Source of the DNA: an uncultured Verrucomicrobiota bacterium
GTDB lineage: Bacteria; Verrucomicrobiota; Kiritimatiellia; RZYC01
DNA length: 64,000 nt
Assembly: GCA_964490935.1 (NCBI GenBank)
Contig: CAZBEO010000006.1
Span: forward strand, 5,261 to 69,260
Direction of reading: 5' to 3'
Shown: positions 42,930-51,300 of the stretch, one piece after another
How positions within the stretch are numbered: position 1 is the first letter of the stretch
Layout of the letters: each line of letters opens with the position of its first letter
Made by a program: the position numbers and the translations under genes
The notes under the pieces: model-generated
Database searches by the model: none
What the model was told of the DNA's origin: nothing
Seen by the model: only the letters and a program-made list of their open reading frames with translations

Positions 42930-44699
42930 ATGAATGTCCTGTGGGTTTTGATCGTAGCCGTGCCCATATTTCTGCTGGCCTACCGTTTTTTTGGCCGCTA
43001 TCTCGAACGCACCATGAGCGGCGGCGAGGAACAGACAGCCCCGGCGGTCAGCCTGAATGACGGCACGGATTACGTGCCCAGCAAAACGCCCATAGTGTTC
43101 AGCCACCACTTTGCCTCGATTGCCGGCGCAGGCCCGATCGTGGGTCCGACCGTGGCCATGATTTATGGCTATATTCCGGTTTGGCTCTGGGTGCTTTGCG
43201 GCGCGGTGTTCATCGGCGCGGTGCAGGATTATGCGAGCCTGTTTGTGAGCATGCGCGAGCGGGGACATTCCATGGCTCAGGTGGCCGACCGCACGCTCGG
43301 GCGCAAGGGCTTTTTTTTGGTCATGGCGTTTTCCATTATCATTTTGCTTCTGCTGACCTCGGCCTTTCTCGGCCTCTCGGCCACGGCGCTGACATCACTG
43401 GTTCCGCTGGATCAGATGCACATGAGCGCGGAGAAGACCTTCCTGGACGTGGTTCAGAACTCCGACGGCGTGGCGTGCGCAAAAATCGGCGGGATCGCCT
43501 CGATGTCGCTGATTATCATTACCGCCTGCGCCCCGGTCATCGGCTGGCTGGTTCACAAGCGCGGCGTGCGCCTTTCTCTGATGGTTCCGGCCGCAATCTT
43601 TCTGTGCTTTCTTTCCATTGTTTTCGGGGTGACCCATCCGCTGACGTTGTCGCCGCTGACCTGGATGATTGCGCTGACGGTGTATGTGGCGCTGGCCTCG
43701 GGCCTGCCGGTCTGGGCGATTCTTCAGCCGCGCGATTTCATCAATTCATTTCTGCTATATTTCGGCATGGCGCTGCTGATTGTCGGGGTTCTTGCGGCGG
43801 GGATTCGACACGATACTTTTCAGATGCCAGCGTTCAACCTCGCTGGGGGCCAAAAAGCGCTGGGTCTGGTTTGGCCGTTTCTTTTCATTACCGTGGCCTG
43901 CGGTGCTATTTCCGGATTTCATGCCATGGTCACGGGCGGCACCACCAGCAAGCAGCTCACCTCCGAACGAGCCTCGCGCGGCGTGGGTTATGGCGGAATG
44001 CTCATGGAGGGCTTTCTGGCGCTGCTGGTGGTGGTGGCCATTGGTGCTGGCTTGACGCTGGATGAATTTTCTTCGCTGGTTTTCCCGACGGCCACGGGGG
44101 TGGGCAGCAATCCGGTGCTGGCCTTTGCGCTGGGCATGGGAAATCTGGTGTATCGCGCCCTGGGCATACCGATGGAATACGGCACGGTGTTCGGCATGTT
44201 GATGGTGGAAGGCTTCATCGTAACCACCCTGGATACGGCAGCACGCCTGAACCGCTACCTGCTCGAAGAACTCTGGACGGCCCTGTTCAAAAAGACCCCA
44301 CGCCTTCTAGCCAGTCATTTCTTCAACGCCTGTATCGTGGCCAGCTTGATGTTTTTGTTTTGCTATACCAACACCTTCAAATACATCTGGCCGATTTTCG
44401 GCAGCGCCAATCAATTGATGGCAGCGATGACGCTGGTGGTGGTGGCGGTCTGGCTGGCCCTGCGGTCGCGTCCGGTCTGGTTTGCGGTGTGGCCTGCGGC
44501 ATTTATGATGGTCACCACGCTGGTTTCGCTGGTGGACCTCCTGATCCATAAATACATCCCCGCACGCAACATCCCGCTCATCCTGACGGATGTGCTCCTG
44601 ATCGTGCTGGCATTCGGGGTGATGATCCTGGCGATTGGTCAGTTTCTGCGGTTGCGCGTTGCTCGGGCAAAATCGAGTACGCCCCGAGGAGTCGCCTGA
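42930..44699 (+). CDS. cstA: Carbon starvation protein A (peptide/pyruvate transporter CstA family)
   Basis: MNVLWVLIVAVPIFLLAYRFFGRYLER... typical CstA N-terminus. 590 aa polytopic. AGGAGGAGGGG RBS before the ATG at 42930. Confidence 0.92.
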   Translation: MNVLWVLIVAVPIFLLAYRFFGRYLERTMSGGEEQTAPAVSLNDGTDYVPSKTPIVFSHHFASIAGAGPIVGPTVAMIYGYIPVWLWVLCGAVFIGAVQDYASLFVSMRERGHSMAQVADRTLGRKGFFLVMAFSIIILLLLTSAFLGLSATALTSLVPLDQMHMSAEKTFLDVVQNSDGVACAKIGGIASMSLIIITACAPVIGWLVHKRGVRLSLMVPAAIFLCFLSIVFGVTHPLTLSPLTWMIALTVYVALASGLPVWAILQPRDFINSFLLYFGMALLIVGVLAAGIRHDTFQMPAFNLAGGQKALGLVWPFLFITVACGAISGFHAMVTGGTTSKQLTSERASRGVGYGGMLMEGFLALLVVVAIGAGLTLDEFSSLVFPTATGVGSNPVLAFALGMGNLVYRALGIPMEYGTVFGMLMVEGFIVTTLDTAARLNRYLLEELWTALFKKTPRLLASHFFNACIVASLMFLFCYTNTFKYIWPIFGSANQLMAAMTLVVVAVWLALRSRPVWFAVWPAAFMMVTTLVSLVDLLIHKYIPARNIPLILTDVLLIVLAFGVMILAIGQFLRLRVARAKSSTPRGVA

Positions 44700-44708
44700 A
44701 TCCTCTGA

Positions 44709-45116
44709 TCAGGACGCCTCTGCGAATGCTCTCAGGCTAACGGACCGTGTGGGAAACGCACGCAATATCTGTTTGTCTGAAGTCACGAGTATGGTTCCTA
44801 GGTCTTCGGCCAAGGCGACGTATTCGCAGTCATACGCCGAGCAAGTGGACCCCACAACCACCTGCATGACAATCGCCGAAGGAATCAGATATTCTTGGCC
44901 GGCGAGCTGAGATTCGGCGCCGCTGAGGCAACGATCAATGCTGGAGCGATCAAGGTCACCACGGCGGAGATAGCCTGCAAGAATATTGCGGAACTCCGAA
45001 CGCCAGAGAATTGAAGAAACCCAGTGCGGATCTTTGACCAAAGCCCGCTCCGCAAATTCGGTCATATCGCCCGGTATCCACAGGTACGCGATCGTGTTGA
45101 CATCTACAACGATCAC
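44709..45116 (-). CDS. vapC: PIN-domain toxin VapC
   Basis: MIVVDVNTIAYLWIPGD... PIN fold with conserved Asp residues. Overlaps the upstream antitoxin gene by 4 nt. Confidence 0.8.
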   Translation of the reverse strand: MIVVDVNTIAYLWIPGDMTEFAERALVKDPHWVSSILWRSEFRNILAGYLRRGDLDRSSIDRCLSGAESQLAGQEYLIPSAIVMQVVVGSTCSAYDCEYVALAEDLGTILVTSDKQILRAFPTRSVSLRAFAEAS

Positions 45117-45352
45117 CGACGCCCCGCATTTTTCAGGGCGTTGAGATCCTTTTGGGTGAGATAAACGCCCAAGGTCTCCCGCACGGCGCGGGCGTGGTCC
45201 CCAATAGCACCCGCATCAATGGGAGTGCCACGCAACGTCAGCTCCAGCGTAGCGATCACTTCCTTGTTCAGGCTCCTCCCGTGAGATTTGGCCTGCATCT
45301 TAAGGGTGCGGTGTATGGCTGGCGGAATATTCTTTAACGTGATGGTAGTCAT
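45113..45352 (-). CDS. vapB: Ribbon-helix-helix antitoxin (VapB/FitA-like)
   Basis: MTTITLKNIPPAIHRTLKMQAKSHGRSLNKEVIATLE is a typical RHH antitoxin N-terminus. Start could alternatively be the upstream ATG at 45370. Confidence 0.7.
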   Translation of the reverse strand: MTTITLKNIPPAIHRTLKMQAKSHGRSLNKEVIATLELTLRGTPIDAGAIGDHARAVRETLGVYLTQKDLNALKNAGRR

Positions 45353-45390
45353 GGCGCAACCATAACGCATCCATTATGGATGTCAATGCG

Positions 45391-48300
45391 TCATTCTTCC
45401 GTATCCACTTCGACCCGGTAGGTGCGTTGGTTGAGAGCGGATGGCGCGGGGACAGTGTGCTCGCCCGTATCCTGCCACTCATAGATGGCGCCCGTACCGG
45501 AAATGGTGGTGGTGGCGCGATTCCACGCGGACGTAACCAGGCTGCTGTTATTATAACTGATGAAGTACGATTTGCCGGACTTGGTGGGAAACTGTATCAG
45601 AAAGTTTCCGCTCGCAAGGCTCGACATGCTGTCGATTTCGAGCAGGTCGTAGCGGTTTGTCGGATTGGTTCCGGCGAAGTATTCGTTGCGGTCTTTGAAT
45701 CCATCATCATCCCAATCGGAGGTGTCGCTGACAGAGGAAAGGTTGTGGAAGTATTCCAGTTCCCACCAGTCAGGAATACCGTTCTGATTGCTGTCCGCCT
45801 CGGTTTGATTTCCGGCTGAGAAGTAGAGGGAGAAGGTGAAGCTGCCGGTTCCGAAAAGCTCGACCTGCTCGATCTGGGCGAGGTTGCGCATGTTGAGGGT
45901 GTGGAATGCAACGCCACCGTCGGGATTATCGTCTACGGCGTCTTCATTGAAGGAGGCGGAATGGGTTCCATCTCCTGCGCCAATGCCGGCCATCACATCC
46001 GTCACGCCGTCGCGGTTCGAGAGGCTCAACACGCCATTGGAAATGGCGGAGCGCGTCAGGTAGGTCTGCCCCTTCATGAGCAGATTCATCAGATTCGGCG
46101 AAAGGCCATTGCGGATGTAGATGGTCTGGCCGGCCAGATCGCCGCTGAGAGCATAAGCCACTTCAAAGGCGTTGGTGGCATCGCCCAGCGTGATGGTCTT
46201 GGTGATTTTGCCATCGGCAGAGACGAGCTGCCAGCCGTTGTCGCCGGAGGTGGCGAAGGTGTAAAGCCCGTTCACGTAGTCCGAGCTGTTCGCCCACCAG
46301 TCTTTCAGGCACGAGGTGCGATAGGCCCCGAGCACGCCGTTGCTGGTGACATTGTAGGTGCCTTCGTCTTCGGTTTCCGTGCCAGCGTAGTTCACGGGAT
46401 TCCCCACCACCTGGTAGACGGCCCCATTCGTGTGACGTGCCCAGGCGGCTGTCATACGTCCTCCGCTGCGTTCGAAGAGGGCGCAAACCTGTTTGTTGTA
46501 GAGGAGATATTCGACCTCGCCGTCGAGATCGACATCCACGGCCTGGCGTTGCGTGCCGGAAAGTCCGGGTGCGTCGGCGGCCCACGCATCCACAAAGGTG
46601 TAGAGTGCGGCAAAACGACTCTGCGCCTGCGCAATTTTGGCGAAGTCAATGAGCACATTGGTTCCGGTGGCCGGATAGATGTATTCGCCGGTGCTGAATT
46701 TATCGAGGTTGTTTTGGTCCTCGGTATGGAAGGCGGTCTCGAAGACGGAGGCGTGAATCACGCTGCGCGCGAGGTCGGCCACCTGCGGGTTGACGATGGA
46801 CTCCACGGCATCCCAAGCATTGGAAATGATGCCTCCCGAGTAGAGCATCCCATACTCCTGCGGCACGGGCACGCCACTGCGGATGTTGAATATTTTTTCT
46901 TGCAGACCTTCCTCTTGGGCGCTGCCGCAGTACCAGTTGTCGTAATTCATCTGTGTGGCATGGTTGATCCAGTCGTGCCCGAGCTTGGTGCGCGCCTCGG
47001 TGCCGCGGTCAATCTGCTGCCAGGCATCGCCCGTGTCATCGCCGGAGGTGTCTTCGTTGCCTGCGAGAATATCGTCGAGGGCGACGATGCGCGTCCAGGG
47101 GCGGTTGGCGAACCAGCGGAGGACGTTGTCGTAGGCGGCGGCCTTTTCCAGATCGGTGGAGTCTTCCCACATGTAGAACATGGTGACGACCTGGTCCTGC
47201 GTGTCACTGCGTGCACGACGGTTGAAGAGGCCGCGTAGAGCCATAGCGATGCCGCCGTCGTACACCGTGTATTTATATTGGTCCACGCTATTGTTGATCA
47301 CAAAGCAGGAGACGTCATTGATCTTGTTGATGCGATAGCCGTCATCACCCAGCGCCACAGTACGGCCCAGCCAGTACCACATGTGACTGTTCTGATCAAT
47401 AATCGTGGAGCGGTAGCCCATGCTCAGGATTTTCCCAAGCACACCATCGTCCAGCACGCGCTCGGGCGTCCAGAACACGGAGTTGGTGGTGAATTCCACG
47501 CCGTATAGGCCGCCAAGGAATTCCGCCGCGAGTTCGGCGTTGTCGTTGTTGAAATCTGCCGTGAAGAACGGGAGGATATGATCCGAGAAGGTGGAGGCCA
47601 GCAGGTGTACCGTACCCGTGGCGGCCAGTTCCTTGATCCAATTGTTGAACTCCGGGCCATCGGCATAGCGGGTGCGCCGCCAGGCATCCGGATCATCCGG
47701 ATCGGTCTTTGCCCATTGCAGTGCGGAGGCGAGCGTGGGGGTGATGTGCAGATTCAGCTTGCGCTGATAAATGTCATGCACATTTAGCGAGCGGTGCAGG
47801 CCCGCGCCTTCGCCGTTGTTGATGAGGTTCTGCATGACGCTTCCGGGCTGGACGTGCTGGTTGCCGTGCATCAGCAGGGCTACCTTTGCACATTTGCCGC
47901 GATCATTTTCCGCATTGTGTCCGACCCATTGATTCAGGTAGCCGTTTGCCATGATCCAGTCCTGATCGCGCCAGTGGTCAGAGCAAATCCAGGTGTTACG
48001 TATGGCGTCGCGTATGTCAGAGCGTCCGCCGATATCGCCCTCGCCGACGGGATCATTGGAGGTGCCGTCCTTGGTGGTGTAGACTTGGAAGTTGAGCTGG
48101 CGATAATCCAGGCCGTTCCAACTCGCATCCAGCAGTGCCTGGCGGCTGATGGAGAATTCGACGGCATCAAGTTCGGCGTTGAAGTGGGCCTGCTTGAATC
48201 CATTGGCTGTATTCTGGTCGCGGGCGACGACCCCGAAGTCGGCCAGATTCTGCGCGATGGCGGTGGTGTTGTGGGCGGTGTCGGTATCCACATAGACGCG

Positions 48301-51300
48301 CCCGTCGTTGTAGCCGTAGACGGCGACCACGGCTTCCCAGCGCATGTCGGTTCCGGTGTCGATGTCGTCCGGGAGGTTGCGTTCGCCGGCGGAGGGGCTG
48401 TTCATGTCCACCACCACGTAGAGGTTCAGATAGCCGTCCTCGGCATTGGCCTGAAGATCGTGCAAGTCTACGCGGAAATAGAATTGGCCATCGCCGCCAT
48501 CGGCCACGGCGCCGCCGTCGTGAATATAAAAGGCGGTCATGTCGCGCGAGGTATCGTAGCCATCCCAGGCGCGGTAAATGTCCACGGCGGAGTTCTGGGC
48601 CTCGGTGTTGTAGTTATCGAGGGCGATGAGATCATCCTCCGTCCAGTCGGTGAATTCGACGTAATTGGTGACGCCGTTAATCACGCCGATGGGGTCGCCC
48701 CGTCCGATCACGATGCTGCCGGGCGGAGGCGGTATGCCGGTATCCGCCACCCAGGGATTTGTTCCATTGGCATATTCCTGTGCATTCGTGAACTCGTCTG
48801 CATCCGGATCGGCGGTCGGGCCGTTGACCAAATTGGGCGTTCCGCCCCGCAGACTGACGGTGCCGCTATCGAGCGGATCGAGATTATTCCAGACTTCCCA
48901 ACCATCCGGCAGGCCGTCGCCGTCGGTGTCGAAATTGAGCGGGTCGGTTTCAGTCCAAACTTCGCCGGATTGCCAGATGCGGTCTTTATTGGTATCGCCA
49001 TCAATGGTGCCGTTGAAGTTTTTATCTTCTCCGTGTCCGTCGTTGATGCCATCGCCATCGGTATCGGGATTGTTCGGATCGGTTTCGGTCCAAATTTCGT
49101 CGGGGTCCATGATGCCGTCGGGCCAACTACGCGCCAGCCAGGGGTCAAAGGTAGGATCAATCGAAGCGCCATCGCCATCCACCCAGCCGTTACGGTTGGC
49201 ATCTTCGATACCATCGGGGAGTCCGTCGTAATCCGTGTCGGAGTTGGTGGGGTCGGTGGTGGTGCCGGCGAGTTTTTTCGTGCGGTCTCCGCCCTTGGAA
49301 ATGCTGTCGGCACCGGGTACGCGTCCGTAATTCGACCAAGGTTCTTCGCCGTATTCGTTGCCCACCGTGTTGTAGAAAGGCGGGTCGAGATCGGCGAGAA
49401 AGTTTTTGTAGCCATCGCCATTGGTGTCCGTGTTGGTGTCGGTCTGGGCGCTGTCAGTGGGGAAGCGCCATCCGAGTTCGAGGGCGTCGTGCAGGCCGTC
49501 CCCATCGGTATCCGGGCCGGTTGCACTGGTTTTCCCGTAGCTGTAATACGTGAATATCTCGGATTGTTTCCACAGGTCGGAGTTGGGCGAGCTGACGGCG
49601 TTGGTCAGGGGCACCGAGGTGACTTCATCCAGGTCGAGAATGCCGTCATCATCGTCATCCAGTGAATTGGTGGAGGCCGCCACGGTCTGGCGCAGGATCA
49701 CATAACAATTGCGCCCGGCGCTGTTGCTGGTTTCGTTGGTGGTTTGTACGCGGGCGGTGAAATGGAAATAGCCGGGGACCATGTTCGACCAGGCGTAGTC
49801 GATAAACTGGACACCGGTTTCCGTCCAGTTGGAGACGAGCGTGACGCTGCCCGTGTAGGCGGAGGGCCAGCTATCCATGGTGATGGAGGAGGTCGTCACG
49901 TTGGTCACGGTGCGCAGGCGGATGCGCATGGAGCGGTCTTCCGCTGTCGGGGTGGGCACATCGGGTAGGATCAGATCAATGCGACGCCCATCGGAATCAT
50001 ATTCCTTGGGTTCCACGATTTCCAGATTCGGTGCTTCTTCGGCCTTCTGCGCCTTGACCAGGCGGGTGCCCACCAGATCGCCAAGTCCTTCGCGATCGAA
50101 GGTGACCTCGATGCCGTGCAGCCAGTCCGTCTGCCCATTATAGAGATTGGGCAGGGTGTAGGCCAGTGCGTGGTAATCGCTGGTTTCATCCCACACAATG
50201 GAATACCCGCTCTTGCTCTGGATGACGCCTCCCGAGGTGACACCGGAAACGGCGCTCTGAATCCGGACGGTCAAACGGTCAATCAGATCATTCGAGCTGA
50301 GTCCATCGGCCAGCGACTTGCTGAAATAGGCCTTCATGCCGTAGCCTGCTTCCACTTCATCGCCGTCCTTTTCCGGCCAAGCCACGAAGAGTCGTACAGT
50401 CGGCCCCCAGGTTTGAACCTGCCGCTCAAGCGTGTTGAAGTGCCCGTCTTCATCGGTCATGCCGGTGGTCCAGGTGGCTCGATCGGCGGAGGACCATTCG
50501 CAGAGGCGGGCTTTGATCACCGCATTGGATCCGCCCGAGGGAATGTTGACGTAATTGAAGCGCCATTCTTTTTCGTAGCCATCTGCGCCGGGGAGATATT
50601 GCGACTGAGCATAGGCGGTCTGCCAAGCTTCGGGGAGAAGGGCATCATAGACGCCATTGCCGTTGATATCCGTGAAAGGCTCGCCGAGATCGTAGGTTTC
50701 GTTATCATTCTGATCTTCGAAGGGCTCGAAGCCGCGTCCGTTGCCGTTGGCCACGTCGGTGATGTAGTCATCATTTTCCGGATCGCTATCGTCGATGTGA
50801 TACCACATATTCCGGGTGGAGGCATCGCCGCGCACGACCGCGCCGTACTGCTGGCCGTCGACGGCATCGCCGTTGGCCGCCGGCCAAAGGATGACGCCGC
50901 CCGGTGTTTCGGTGTCGTAATAGAAGGTTTGCTGGAAAGTGTTGTAGATGGCGGCGCCATCGGTTCGATTCAGGAAGGCGCGTGCCTGAATGAAGTGGAA
51001 ACCTTCGGTCAGACCGGTTTGATAGGTGCTAAAATCGTTGTGCGGGTAGTGACCGACCGTTTCGCCGTTGAAGTTGGTGATTTGCCAGACGCCCATACGC
51101 GTGGTTTTGAGGGCCACGGCATCGGCACCACCGGGCCATACGACATTCCATTGCGGATCATTGGTATCCACGCCTTGCTGGAAGAAGCAACCGAGTTTAT
51201 AGCGCAGGTCCGAGCCTGCGGAAAACGACGGCAGGGAGCAGTTCCACCAATCCTTACCATCCCCGCTGTCGGAGTGATTAAACGTAAGTTCTACAGTTCG